From Paludibacteraceae bacterium (GTDB taxonomy: Bacteria; Bacteroidota; Bacteroidia; Bacteroidales; Paludibacteraceae), in contig JAKSNQ010000001.1 of the NCBI GenBank assembly GCA_024399615.1, positions 6,154-70,153 of the forward strand: 64,000 bases of DNA, written 5' to 3'. The translations under genes were made by a program, and so were the position numbers. The notes under the pieces were generated by a model. It worked only from the letters and a program-made list of their open reading frames with translations, had not been told where the DNA came from and made no database searches. The stretch's first letter is position 1; each line of letters starts with the position of its first letter. Below are positions 1 through 9,320 of this stretch, piece after piece.

Positions 1-89
1 CAGACCTGTTTGAGCGTCTGATGGCGTTCTGTCATGCGGCCAGACCGCTGAATCAGTTTTTGGACTACACGATAGAGGAGCATGACTGA
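1..89 (+). CDS. 3' end of an upstream CDS (partial, function unknown)
   Basis: Frame 3 is open from the window edge (DLFERLMAFCHAARPLNQFLDYTIEEHD*). Its TGA at 87-89 overlaps the next ATG (ATGACTGA, 82-89), a coupled-junction pattern. Too short to assign a family. Confidence 0.35.
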   Translation, partial: DLFERLMAFCHAARPLNQFLDYTIEEHD

Positions 90-855
90 GAGTACGTTTT
101 CGAGACTGGAATTGCTGGTGGGCAGCGAGCCGCTGCAAACGATAGGTAGCATGCGCGTGCTGATGTTCGGCGTGGGCGGCGTGGGCAGTTGGTGTGCCGA
201 ATCGCTGGTTCGCAGCGGCATCCGTCACCTGACAATGGTCGATTTCGATCGGGTCAATCCCTCGAATATCAACCGCCAACTGATGGCTACCACGGCCACG
301 GTAGGCCGGGTCAAAGCCGAGGTGCTGAAAGAGCGTCTGGAGCGTATCAATCCCGAGGCCGAGATCGTAGTGCGCGCCGACCGCTATACGGCCCAGACAC
401 GCGAATCGTTCCATCTGGAGGAGTACGACTACGTGATCGATGCCATCGATTCGGTACCCGACAAAGTGGACCTCATCCTGACGTGCACACGCACCCTCAA
501 CGCACGAACAGGCCAACCCATCGGCTTTTTCTCATCGATGGGCGCCGCCCTGAAGATGGATCCGACACGCATACAGGTGGCCGAATTTTGGAACGTCAAA
601 GGGTGCCCATTGGCCCGTGCACTACGCCAACATTTCAAACGCGAGAAGACCTTTCCCGCTCGGAAATTCAAATGCGTCTTTTCGGACGAACTGCTTAAGA
701 ACCAGCCACTTACATCAGGCGAAGTTGTTAAGGCAAATGGCACAATAGCGCACATCACCGGCATCTTCGGCTTTACCATGGCCAGCCTGGTGATACAAGA
801 TATTTTGTCAAGGGGCGTTCTAAAAAAACTTTCCCCACAAGAGGAAACATCATAA
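82..855 (+). CDS. tcdA: tRNA threonylcarbamoyladenosine dehydratase (ThiF/MoeB-family, TcdA/CsdL-like)
   Basis: 257 aa. E1-like Rossmann motif MFGVGGVGSW followed by VDFDRVNPSNINRQ. Size and layout typical of TcdA. Confidence 0.8.
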   Translation: MTESTFSRLELLVGSEPLQTIGSMRVLMFGVGGVGSWCAESLVRSGIRHLTMVDFDRVNPSNINRQLMATTATVGRVKAEVLKERLERINPEAEIVVRADRYTAQTRESFHLEEYDYVIDAIDSVPDKVDLILTCTRTLNARTGQPIGFFSSMGAALKMDPTRIQVAEFWNVKGCPLARALRQHFKREKTFPARKFKCVFSDELLKNQPLTSGEVVKANGTIAHITGIFGFTMASLVIQDILSRGVLKKLSPQEETS

Positions 856-866
856 CAAATAGCGAC

Positions 867-2126
867 ATGAAGATACGTAACCTGCTGTTAGTTCTGTTCA
901 TCTGGTGCTCAGGTACCCTGTCGGCGATGGTTTATACTCCTGACAACCTGCCCAATCCCCACACGTGGGATGCGACAGACTATGTGTGCAACCCCGACGG
1001 ACTGCTGCGACAAAATACCTGCGACAGCATCAATGCCATCTGCCAACGCCTGCAGCAGCAGTTGGAGGTAGAGATGGTGGTGATTGCCGTGAACCGATTT
1101 GACGAAGAGAACTACTCGCCATTTGACTTCTGTCAGGTGGTAGGAAACACGTGGGGCATAGGCAGCAAAGAGCGCAGCACGGGTATCATCATCTTTCTGG
1201 CCACCGAGAGCCGCGACATCCGCCTGCATACCGGAACCGGCATGGAAGGTGTGTTGCCCGACGCCATCTGTACCGACATCCGCTATGACATGTCGAACTA
1301 TCTGGCAGAAGGCGACTGGAACAGCGGCCTGTTGCGTGGTTGTCAACTGATAGAACAACAACTGCAAGGCGACGATGTTCAGGCCGAGTTGCTGCTGGGC
1401 TACGTGCCCAAGACGCAGAAGCACACGGGGTGGTACATCTATTTCATGTTCGCACTCATCGCGTTGATAGCCGCAGCCGTGGCTATCTATTCGATCTCGA
1501 ACAGCGCCAATCTGCAGTTGAGCAAGAGCCGTTTTCAGAGTTTCCGCACCCAAGGCGAGAGCATCACCAAGGTGCTGATGCTCATCTTTCCCGTGCCATG
1601 TGTGCTACTTTACCTGTACTTCCGTCGATTGTGTCAACAGGTACGTCGTCAACCCATTCCCTGCAGCGTCTGCAATGGGCAGATGGAGATGGTGAGCGAG
1701 GCCGATGAGCACCGCTATCTCACGCCCGTTCAGCAAACCGAAAAGCGGCTGAAAGTGATTGATTATGACGTCTTTCGCTGCGCCTCATGTGGCCATACTC
1801 ACGGCTACAAATATCCCAATCAGCAGGTGATGAGACAGTACACCAAGTGCGAGACCTGCGGCGGCTATACAGCCGTTGTCACATCGAAACAGGTGGTAGA
1901 ACACGCCACCTATTCCCATAGCGGAACAGGCGCCAAACAGCTGGAATGCAAGCATTGTGGTGTGCGCTGGACGGAGAACTACACCATCCCGAAAAAGGAA
2001 CGCAGTCAGGGTCCGGTTATCATAGGCGGCCCCGGCTCTTCACGCGGCGGATTCGGTGGTGGCTTTGGCGGAGGCAGCTTCGGTGGAGGAGGATTCTCGG
2101 GAGGCGGCTCGGGAGGAAAATTTTAG
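867..2126 (+). CDS. TPM (YgcG-like) domain membrane protein with four CxxC pairs and Gly-rich tail
   Basis: Signal peptide, TPM-like N-domain, two hydrophobic segments (aa 189-210, 234-252), then CSVC/CASC/CETC/CKHC, then a GGFGGGFGGGSFGGGGFSGGGSGG C-terminus. Confidence 0.75.
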   Translation: MKIRNLLLVLFIWCSGTLSAMVYTPDNLPNPHTWDATDYVCNPDGLLRQNTCDSINAICQRLQQQLEVEMVVIAVNRFDEENYSPFDFCQVVGNTWGIGSKERSTGIIIFLATESRDIRLHTGTGMEGVLPDAICTDIRYDMSNYLAEGDWNSGLLRGCQLIEQQLQGDDVQAELLLGYVPKTQKHTGWYIYFMFALIALIAAAVAIYSISNSANLQLSKSRFQSFRTQGESITKVLMLIFPVPCVLLYLYFRRLCQQVRRQPIPCSVCNGQMEMVSEADEHRYLTPVQQTEKRLKVIDYDVFRCASCGHTHGYKYPNQQVMRQYTKCETCGGYTAVVTSKQVVEHATYSHSGTGAKQLECKHCGVRWTENYTIPKKERSQGPVIIGGPGSSRGGFGGGFGGGSFGGGGFSGGGSGGKF

Positions 2127-2197
2127 GCTCGAAAACGAACGCTGACTATTGACCGTGCTATTTATTGCCCAAAATATATAGTTACCAACAGTCACTC

Positions 2198-3031
2198 TCA
2201 GAGTTCGATATGCTCGGGAGTGATGGTTTCGCGAAGGAAAATAGAGGCCGATTGGCTGAATTTCTCGACCGATTCGGTCGTCAGATAGCGGCATGAGCCC
2301 TCCTCGGCAGAGAGGCATGCAGCCATGTCGGGATGCCGACGCAGGTAGTCGCGCAAACCATCCGCAACAATATCTCCCTGTGCCACCAGTTGAACACCCG
2401 GTGGCACCGTTTTTTTTATCTTATCCAGCAGCAGCGGATAGTGCGTACAACCCAAGATAATCGTATCTATCAGCGGATCTTTTTCCAGCAGTTCCCACAC
2501 GTATTTTTCCACAAAAAAATCAGCCCCGGCAGAGGTATGTTCGCCCGCCTCGATAAGCGGAACCCACATAGGGCAGGCCTGCTGCGTGACGACGAGCGCC
2601 GGATCTATCTTTTCCAACTCCATGACATAAGATTGCGAAGACACCGTACCCGGCGTTGCGAGCAGACCGATATGCTGAGAGCGAGTGATGGATGGCACCA
2701 CCTCGACGGTAGGGCGAATAACCCCAAGAACGCGCTTACGCCGACTCTTCTCAGCCTCCCACACGCCCAACAAATCACGCTGCTGGATAGAACGCAGAGC
2801 CTTGGCAGAAGCGGTATTGCAGGCCAGAACGACCAGTTCGCAGCCCTCGTCGAACAGACGATGGACACATTGCCACGTGTACTCGTAAATCACCTCGAAC
2901 GAACGCGTACCATAGGGAGTACGGGCATTGTCACCCAAGTAAATATAATCGTACTCAGGCAATGCCTGACGAATCTTTTCCAATATCGTCAAGCCGCCAT
3001 AACCACTGTCAAAAACGCCTATTTTAGCCAT
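2198..3031 (-). CDS. murI: glutamate racemase
   Basis: Motifs VFDSGYGGLT, ACNTASA and GCTHYPLL. Start moved to the MAKIGVFDSG Met (cat at 3029-3031) because the 21-aa ORF-track extension has no counterpart in MurI. Confidence 0.9.
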   Translation of the reverse strand: MAKIGVFDSGYGGLTILEKIRQALPEYDYIYLGDNARTPYGTRSFEVIYEYTWQCVHRLFDEGCELVVLACNTASAKALRSIQQRDLLGVWEAEKSRRKRVLGVIRPTVEVVPSITRSQHIGLLATPGTVSSQSYVMELEKIDPALVVTQQACPMWVPLIEAGEHTSAGADFFVEKYVWELLEKDPLIDTIILGCTHYPLLLDKIKKTVPPGVQLVAQGDIVADGLRDYLRRHPDMAACLSAEEGSCRYLTTESVEKFSQSASIFLRETITPEHIEL

Positions 3032-3097
3032 AAACTCACGAATTGTGGCGCAAAGGTACGAAAAAATCACCAAAAAAACAAATAATTGGGACAAATA

Positions 3098-3129
3098 TTT
3101 GCATATTTGAGAAAAAAGCAGTACCTTTG
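3098..3129 (+). promoter_or_regulatory. Bacteroidota-type promoter (-33 TTTG / -7 TACCTTTG) upstream of dnaN
   Basis: TTTG 3098-3101, 20-nt spacer, TACCTTTG 3122-3129, 82 nt before the dnaN ATG. Confidence 0.6.
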
Positions 3130-3210
3130 CACTTTAATAAGACAACTGTCCCCTTACCAACGGGAGTGGAGGATTGTCCGCAAAAGAAAAAATAATAAAA
3201 CGATACAGAT

Positions 3211-4335
3211 ATGAAATTTAATGTTTCCAGTACAGAGCTTTTCCAGCAGCTTCAGGCGGTGAACCGCGTGATAGCTTCCAAAAACAGCCTACAGATTTTG
3301 GAATGCGTATTGTTCGACCTTCAAGACAACACGCTGACATTAACCGCAAGCGACAGCGAGACCACCATCCGCACTTCGCTGGAGGTAAATAATGCCGAGG
3401 GTTCGGGCAAGGTAGCCTTCGGCGCCAAGTTGCTGATTGACACCCTGAAGGAGTTCCCCGAGCAACCTCTGACATTCACCATCGATGACCACAATCACGG
3501 CATGAACATCACCTCCGCAAACGGAACCTATTCGTTTGTCGGTGCCAATGGCAACGAGTATCCCGAAATGCCCAAGATGGAAGAAGACTGCCATGCCTTC
3601 ACAATCGGCGCTCCTACCCTGTTGGGGGCCATCAACAAGACCATCTTCTGCACCGCCGACGACGAACTCCGCCCGGTAATGAATGGTATCTATTTCGACC
3701 TGTTGGCCGACCGAATCACGATGGTAGCCACCGATGCACACCGTTTGGTGAAGTACAGCAATATGAGCGTTTACAGCGAGGAGCCCGTCAGCTTCATCCT
3801 GCCTAAGAAACCCGCCAGCATTCTCCGCAACGTGTTGGGCAAAGAGGCAGAAGACGTGGTCGTAACTTTCGGTCAGAAAAACGCCAAGTTTGAGTTTGGC
3901 CGCACCATGATTTTGTGCCGCCAGATTGAGGGACGCTACCCCAACTACAACGGTGTCATCCCACAGAACAATATCAACAGCGTATTGGTAGAGCGTCAAA
4001 CGATGCTCAACGCATGTAAGCGCGTAGCGGTGTTCGCCAACAACGGTACCGCCCTGCTCAAATTATCGCTGAGCGAGAACCAGCTGAACATCTCTGCACA
4101 AGACATCGACTTCTCCACATCGGCAGAAGAGACCATCGCATGCAACTACTCCGGCACCCCGATGTGCATCGGTTTCAAGGCGCCATTCCTGATCGAGTTG
4201 TTGGGTTATATGGACTCGAACGAGGTAGAGATTCGTCTGGCCGATCCTGCTCGTGCAGGCCTCTTGTTGCCTACCGAGAATCAGGAGAACGAAGAGGTGG
4301 TAATGCTGCTGATGCCAATGATGCTCAACGAGTGA
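3211..4335 (+). CDS. dnaN: DNA polymerase III beta sliding clamp
   Basis: 374 aa. N-terminus MKFNVSSTELFQQLQAVNRVIASKNSLQILECVLF and three-domain length typical of DnaN. Confidence 0.93.
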   Translation: MKFNVSSTELFQQLQAVNRVIASKNSLQILECVLFDLQDNTLTLTASDSETTIRTSLEVNNAEGSGKVAFGAKLLIDTLKEFPEQPLTFTIDDHNHGMNITSANGTYSFVGANGNEYPEMPKMEEDCHAFTIGAPTLLGAINKTIFCTADDELRPVMNGIYFDLLADRITMVATDAHRLVKYSNMSVYSEEPVSFILPKKPASILRNVLGKEAEDVVVTFGQKNAKFEFGRTMILCRQIEGRYPNYNGVIPQNNINSVLVERQTMLNACKRVAVFANNGTALLKLSLSENQLNISAQDIDFSTSAEETIACNYSGTPMCIGFKAPFLIELLGYMDSNEVEIRLADPARAGLLLPTENQENEEVVMLLMPMMLNE

Positions 4336-4348
4336 GAAAGACCTGCAT

Positions 4349-5278
4349 ATGAAACTACAACTTCGCCGCCCGCTCGTCTTCTTTGATTTGGAGACGACGG
4401 GCGTCAATATTTCAGGCGACCGAATCGTAGAAATCTCGCTCGTAAAACAGTACCCAAACGGGAACAAAGAGAGCAAGACCTGGCGCGTAAACCCCGAGAT
4501 GCACATACCGGCAGGCGCCTCAGACGTGCACCACATCTATGATGAGGACGTATGCGACTGCCCAACATTCCGTCAGTTAGCCCCTGAGGTACTGGCCTTT
4601 ATCGAGGACTGTGACCTGGCCGGCTACAACAGCAACCATTTTGACGTGCCGATGCTGCAGGAGGAACTGCTACGCTGCGGCATGGATGTGGACTTGCGCG
4701 CCGAGCACCATTTCGTGGATGCGTTTGTCATCTTCCAGAAGCATACACCACGTACCCTGACAGCCGCCTACAAGCACTATTGTGGCAAAGAACTGGAGGG
4801 TGCACACGGCGCAAACGCCGATACCGAAGCAACCCGTGAAGTGCTGTTGGCGCAACTGGAACTTCACTCAGATGTACCCACCACGGTAGAGCAGTTGGAA
4901 GCATATACCCGGCCGCAAGCCATGGCCGACCTTGCGGGACGTATCGGCTACAATGAACACAACCAAGAGGTGTTCAATTTCGGCAAGTACAAAGGCCGTA
5001 CATTGGAGGACGTTTTCCGCGAAGAAGGCAGTTACTGCAACTGGATCCAGAACGGAGACTTCCCTCTCTACACCAAGCGCGTATGCCAAAAAGTGATGGA
5101 CCGCATCAAAGCCGAGCGCAAGGCCGAAAAGCGTGCGCGACAAGCCAACCCATCTCAGCCCCTGCCGCCGGCTCCGCCTTCAGAGCAAGCCCTGCAAGAT
5201 TTGGCATCCGCGTTCCCTACCGCCAAGCAAAAACGGAAAGGCAACAGTCCTATTCAACCTAATCTGTTTGGCTGGTAA
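4349..5278 (+). CDS. DnaQ/epsilon-like 3'-5' exonuclease domain protein
   Basis: Exo I FFDLETTG, Exo II GYNSNHFDVPML, Exo III HGANADTEAT. Has a C-terminal extension with a basic/Pro-rich tail. Confidence 0.85.
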   Translation: MKLQLRRPLVFFDLETTGVNISGDRIVEISLVKQYPNGNKESKTWRVNPEMHIPAGASDVHHIYDEDVCDCPTFRQLAPEVLAFIEDCDLAGYNSNHFDVPMLQEELLRCGMDVDLRAEHHFVDAFVIFQKHTPRTLTAAYKHYCGKELEGAHGANADTEATREVLLAQLELHSDVPTTVEQLEAYTRPQAMADLAGRIGYNEHNQEVFNFGKYKGRTLEDVFREEGSYCNWIQNGDFPLYTKRVCQKVMDRIKAERKAEKRARQANPSQPLPPAPPSEQALQDLASAFPTAKQKRKGNSPIQPNLFGW

Positions 5279-5313
5279 GCAAGACATCGCAACCGAAAAA
5301 TGAGATTACAACA

Positions 5314-6228
5314 TTGAAAGCAAAACTTACTATCCTGGGATGCGGTTCTGCCATGCCCACGATGCAGAATAACCCATCAGGGCAGCTATTGGAGATGTGC
5401 GACAAGCAGTTCCTGATCGACTGCGGCGAAGGTACGCAAAACACCATGCGTCAGTTGGCCTGCAAGACCGCGCGACTGTACAACATCTTCATCTCGCACC
5501 TGCATGGCGACCACTGTTTCGGACTGATAGGTCTGCTGAGCACCTGGGGCATGATGAACAGAACGCAAGACGTACACATCTATGCGCACAGCGACCTGGA
5601 ACGTCTGCTTTCTCCCCTGATTGCCTACCACTGTCAGGGCATGAGTTACCAGGTAATCTTTCACGCTATCGACCCCAAAAAACACGCGGTCATCTATGAG
5701 GATCGCACACTGACAGTCACCAGCCTGCCCCTGCGCCACAGCGTACCGACATGCGGTTTTCTCTTTGAAGAGAAACGCAAAGAGCGCCATATCATCAAGG
5801 AGGCGATAGACACCTATCAGATCCCATTGGCAGCAATACCGGACATCAAGGCCGGAGGCGACTTCATCACCAGCGATGGACGGGTCGTCCACAATGCCGA
5901 ACTGACCGTCGAGGCCAAAGAGCCTTTTCGCTATGCGTACTGTTCCGACACCGGCTACAAACCGGCCATCGTCCCCTGGATTCAGGGCGTGGATGTACTC
6001 TATCACGAGTCCACCTACACCGACGAACACAAGGATGCGGCCGAACGTTTTCAGCACTCAACGGCCCGTCAGGCCGCCAAGATAGCCAAGAAAGCCAACG
6101 CCGGACAACTGCTGATAGGCCACTTCTCAGCCCGCGTCATCGACCAGCACATTTTCCTCAAAGAAGCAAAAGAAGAGTTTGACAATGTGACCCTGTGCAG
6201 GGACAAAACCACATACACGTTCTCATGA
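5314..6228 (+). CDS. rnz: ribonuclease Z (metallo-beta-lactamase fold)
   Basis: LTILGCGSA N-terminus and HLHGDHCFGL motif. The only in-frame start is TTG at 5314. The stop overlaps the radA ATG (ATGA at 6225-6228). Confidence 0.85.
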   Translation: MKAKLTILGCGSAMPTMQNNPSGQLLEMCDKQFLIDCGEGTQNTMRQLACKTARLYNIFISHLHGDHCFGLIGLLSTWGMMNRTQDVHIYAHSDLERLLSPLIAYHCQGMSYQVIFHAIDPKKHAVIYEDRTLTVTSLPLRHSVPTCGFLFEEKRKERHIIKEAIDTYQIPLAAIPDIKAGGDFITSDGRVVHNAELTVEAKEPFRYAYCSDTGYKPAIVPWIQGVDVLYHESTYTDEHKDAAERFQHSTARQAAKIAKKANAGQLLIGHFSARVIDQHIFLKEAKEEFDNVTLCRDKTTYTFS

Positions 6229-7586
6229 AAATACAGACCGAATACATCTGCCAGAATTGCGGAGCCAAGTCCCCCAAGCAGATGGGGCGCTGCCCCGTTT
6301 GCGGCGAATGGGGCACCTATGTTGAGGAGAAAATCGAGCGCAGCATGATGGCACAAAAAGCTCCCAAAGTGGTAGGGTCCGGTACCCACCCCATGCGTCT
6401 GCACGAGGTAGAGGCCACAGAAGAGGACCGCATCGACATGCACAACAACGAGTTCAATCGCGTGCTGGGCGGAGGTCTGGTACCAGGCAGTTTGGTGCTG
6501 ATAGGCGGCGAACCCGGCATCGGCAAATCGACATTGGCACTACAGGTACTGATGCAGATGGCCGACAAAAAGACGCTATACGCATCGGGCGAAGAGTCGG
6601 TAAGACAGCTCAAACTGAGGGCCGAACGATTCAAGGGGCAACCGGAGAACCTGTACATACTGAGCGAGACATCGCTGGAGAAGATACTGGAGCAAACGAC
6701 AAAACTGCAACCCGAGATCGTGGTTGTGGACTCCATCCAGACCGTAGGAACAGAGACCATCGAGGCCTCGATAGGCAGCCTGAGTCAGGTGCGCGAGTGC
6801 GCCAGCATCCTGCTCAAGTATGCCAAAGAGAAAAACATCCCCTTCATCATCGTGGGTCATATCAACAAAGAGGGATCGATAGCAGGCCCCAAGGTACTGG
6901 AGCATATCGTGGATACCGTACTGCAGTTCGAGGGTGACCAACACTATATGTATCGCATCCTGCGTGCGCAGAAAAATCGTTTCGGCAGCACGAGCGAACT
7001 GGGCATCTTCGAGATGCAACAAGACGGTCTTCGCGAGGTAACCAATCCATCGGAACTGCTGTTGACGCAGAACCACGAAGGTCTGAGCGGCATCGCCATT
7101 GCCGCTGCGGTAGAGGGTGTGCGCCCTTTCCTGATAGAAGTGCAGGCGCTGGTCAGCAGCGCAGCCTATGGCACCCCACAACGCTCATCCACCGGCTTTG
7201 ACGGCCGACGACTGAACATGCTTCTGGCCGTACTGGAGAAGCGTGTGGGATTTAAGTTGCTGCAGAAAGACGTCTTTCTCAATATCGCCGGAGGCCTGAG
7301 GGTCAACGACCCTGCCATCGACCTGGCCGTGATGGCGGCAGTTCTATCTTCCAATATGGACATCGCCATGGATGACGATATCTGCCTTTGTGGCGAAGTA
7401 GGATTAGCCGGCGAAATCAGACCCGTATCACGCATCGAACAGCGCATACTCGAGGCACAGAAATTGGGCTTCAAACGGATTATCGTTCCCGACGGCCAAA
7501 ACTACAATATCGGGAAGCACACCATCCAGATACATCCGGTCAAAAAAGTGGCCGACGCCTTCCGCATTATCCTTAAAAAAGATTAA
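6225..7586 (+). CDS. radA: DNA repair protein RadA/Sms
   Basis: Zn ribbon CQNCGAKSPKQMGRCPVCGEW, Walker A GGEPGIGKST, KNRFG motif, Lon-like C-domain. Start set at MKIQTEYICQNCG. Confidence 0.93.
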   Translation: MKIQTEYICQNCGAKSPKQMGRCPVCGEWGTYVEEKIERSMMAQKAPKVVGSGTHPMRLHEVEATEEDRIDMHNNEFNRVLGGGLVPGSLVLIGGEPGIGKSTLALQVLMQMADKKTLYASGEESVRQLKLRAERFKGQPENLYILSETSLEKILEQTTKLQPEIVVVDSIQTVGTETIEASIGSLSQVRECASILLKYAKEKNIPFIIVGHINKEGSIAGPKVLEHIVDTVLQFEGDQHYMYRILRAQKNRFGSTSELGIFEMQQDGLREVTNPSELLLTQNHEGLSGIAIAAAVEGVRPFLIEVQALVSSAAYGTPQRSSTGFDGRRLNMLLAVLEKRVGFKLLQKDVFLNIAGGLRVNDPAIDLAVMAAVLSSNMDIAMDDDICLCGEVGLAGEIRPVSRIEQRILEAQKLGFKRIIVPDGQNYNIGKHTIQIHPVKKVADAFRIILKKD

Positions 7587-7621
7587 AAAGACCGGAAAAG
7601 TAGGCCTAATCAGCTATTTTT

Positions 7622-7653
7622 TTTGGTAATGTCATTTTTTTTTCGTACCTTTG
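7622..7653 (+). promoter_or_regulatory. Bacteroidota-type promoter upstream of the beta-barrel/uppS/bamA gene string
   Basis: TTTG 7622-7625, 20-nt spacer, TACCTTTG 7646-7653. Confidence 0.55.
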
Positions 7654-7744
7654 CAGGCTATTACGTACGTACGCCCGCAAGGGTACGCGCTTTATATGCG
7701 TGTAACGCGCACAAAAAACAGCATAAAAAAGCATGGTTTTGCAC

Positions 7745-8500
7745 ATGAAACAACTGATTAAATATATCTTTTCGGCACTGCTCATAACGCTACTTTCCGC
7801 CGCAACAACACCTGCTCATGCAGGGGATTATCTGCTGGAATTAGGCGCACAGGGCGGTATGATGTACTATGTAGGCGATGCCCAATCAATGATTTTCATG
7901 CATCCGCGTGAGACCTATGGTGGACAGATGCGCTATAAGTTCAACCGCCGCTGGGCATTGCAGCTGAAGGGTCAATATGGCCGCATCGGTTTCCGCCAAA
8001 CGACCGACTGCTACGACTATCAGGGCAATCTATGGCCTGCCGATACCGAGAAAAAAGGCACCATCGCCACCAATCAGATGGTAATGCTGGACCTGGTTGG
8101 CGAATACAATTTTCTGCCTTTCGCCTTCGACGCGCGAAGCGGGCGCGTCCGCCCATACACTCCATACATCTTTTTGGGTGCGGGTATAGGCCTGTATGAT
8201 GGAAACCGCGGACCACGTACGTTCAAGCAGATGAGTGCATATCTGCCCTTCGGCATCGGCTTCAAGTGGAAATTTGCGGAGCACTGCGGCTTGCAAGCCG
8301 CATGGCAGCACAACCTCTATCTTCCCGCTGACAACATCGAGGGCTATTGGGTCAACAAGCAGGGCGAGACAGTGTACGACAACACCCACGACCTGAATGG
8401 AAAGAATTTTTTGAACTTCGACATGACCGGTTCGCTCACAATTGGCCTGGTTTTTGATTTCATCGAAGCACCCAAGGTTTGCAAAACCTGTCTCTACTAA
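7745..8500 (+). CDS. small outer-membrane beta-barrel family protein (DUF6089-like, from memory)
   Basis: Signal peptide MKQLIKYIFSALLITLLSAATTPAHA, alternating aromatic/Gly beta-strand pattern, position directly upstream of uppS-bamA. Confidence 0.6.
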   Translation: MKQLIKYIFSALLITLLSAATTPAHAGDYLLELGAQGGMMYYVGDAQSMIFMHPRETYGGQMRYKFNRRWALQLKGQYGRIGFRQTTDCYDYQGNLWPADTEKKGTIATNQMVMLDLVGEYNFLPFAFDARSGRVRPYTPYIFLGAGIGLYDGNRGPRTFKQMSAYLPFGIGFKWKFAEHCGLQAAWQHNLYLPADNIEGYWVNKQGETVYDNTHDLNGKNFLNFDMTGSLTIGLVFDFIEAPKVCKTCLY

Positions 8501-8543
8501 TCCGTTCGCACTACACAACAACAGACAAACAGCCACACTCCAC

Positions 8544-9293
8544 ATGAGTTACAAAGACCAAATACAAAAAGACCAGCTCCCCGCACACATCGCCATCATC
8601 ATGGATGGTAATGGTCGTTGGGCCAAAAAACAAGGTCTGATACGCGCTTTCGGTCACAAGAAAGGCGTCCAGACCGTGCACGAGATAACCGAAGCAGCAG
8701 CCGAACTGGGTATCCAATACCTGACCTTGTATGCCTTCTCAACCGAGAATTGGAACCGCCCTAAGGAGGAAGTGGACATGCTGATGACGCTATTTGTAGA
8801 GACGATAGAGAAAGAACGGGCGACGCTGATGGATAACAACGTCCGTCTGCTGACCATAGGCGACATCGACCGCCTGCCAGATGGAGCACGCACCCGTTTC
8901 CTCAAACTGATAGAGGACACCTCACACAACACGGGGTTGTCGCTGGTATTGGCCTTGTCCTATTCGTCACGCTGGGAAATCACCCACGCTATGCAAGAGA
9001 TTGCCAAACGAGTAGCATCCGGCGAATTGAAACCCGAAGACGTGAACGAGGAACTGATCAGCGCCAACCTGACCACGGCCGGCATACCTGATCCGGACCT
9101 GCTCATCCGCACCTCCGGCGAACTGCGCATCTCCAATTTCCTGCTTTGGCAGTTGGCCTATGCAGAGATGACTTTCCCTGCATGCCTATGGCCCGAGTTT
9201 ACAAACGAGGACCTATACAAAGCCATCGTTGATTATCAACACCGCGAACGCCGATTTGGCAAAACATCAGAACAAGTACTCGTGACCAAATAA
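8544..9293 (+). CDS. uppS: undecaprenyl-diphosphate synthase (isoprenyl transferase)
   Basis: HIAIIMDGNGRWA motif, FSTENWNRP, RTSGELRISNFLLWQ. Start set at MSYKDQ (ATG 8544) because the ORF-track extension overlaps the upstream gene. Confidence 0.92.
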   Translation: MSYKDQIQKDQLPAHIAIIMDGNGRWAKKQGLIRAFGHKKGVQTVHEITEAAAELGIQYLTLYAFSTENWNRPKEEVDMLMTLFVETIEKERATLMDNNVRLLTIGDIDRLPDGARTRFLKLIEDTSHNTGLSLVLALSYSSRWEITHAMQEIAKRVASGELKPEDVNEELISANLTTAGIPDPDLLIRTSGELRISNFLLWQLAYAEMTFPACLWPEFTNEDLYKAIVDYQHRERRFGKTSEQVLVTK

Positions 9294-9320
9294 ACAGTCA
9301 CACGACATACGAAAACAACA

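Noticed and set aside
2040-2126. Repetitive GGN-rich DNA at the end of the TPM gene
   Set aside because: It is in frame with the TPM ORF and encodes the Gly/Phe tail typical of YgcG-like proteins. It is not an independent repeat element or a CRISPR-like array.
3098-3210. The dnaN upstream region as a possible replication origin
   Set aside because: There is no dnaA gene adjacent. I could not see a cluster of TTATCCACA-like DnaA boxes or an AT-rich unwinding element here. The region is explained by a normal promoter and 5' UTR.
8442-8543. N-terminal extensions proposed by the ORF track, including uppS 8442, murI 3094, clpC 43558, GH20 55150, TPR 55028 and gldH 63999
   Set aside because: The extensions overlap upstream genes or promoter boxes. 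They precede clear signal peptides or conserved N-termini and have no family counterpart. Internal Met starts were chosen instead.
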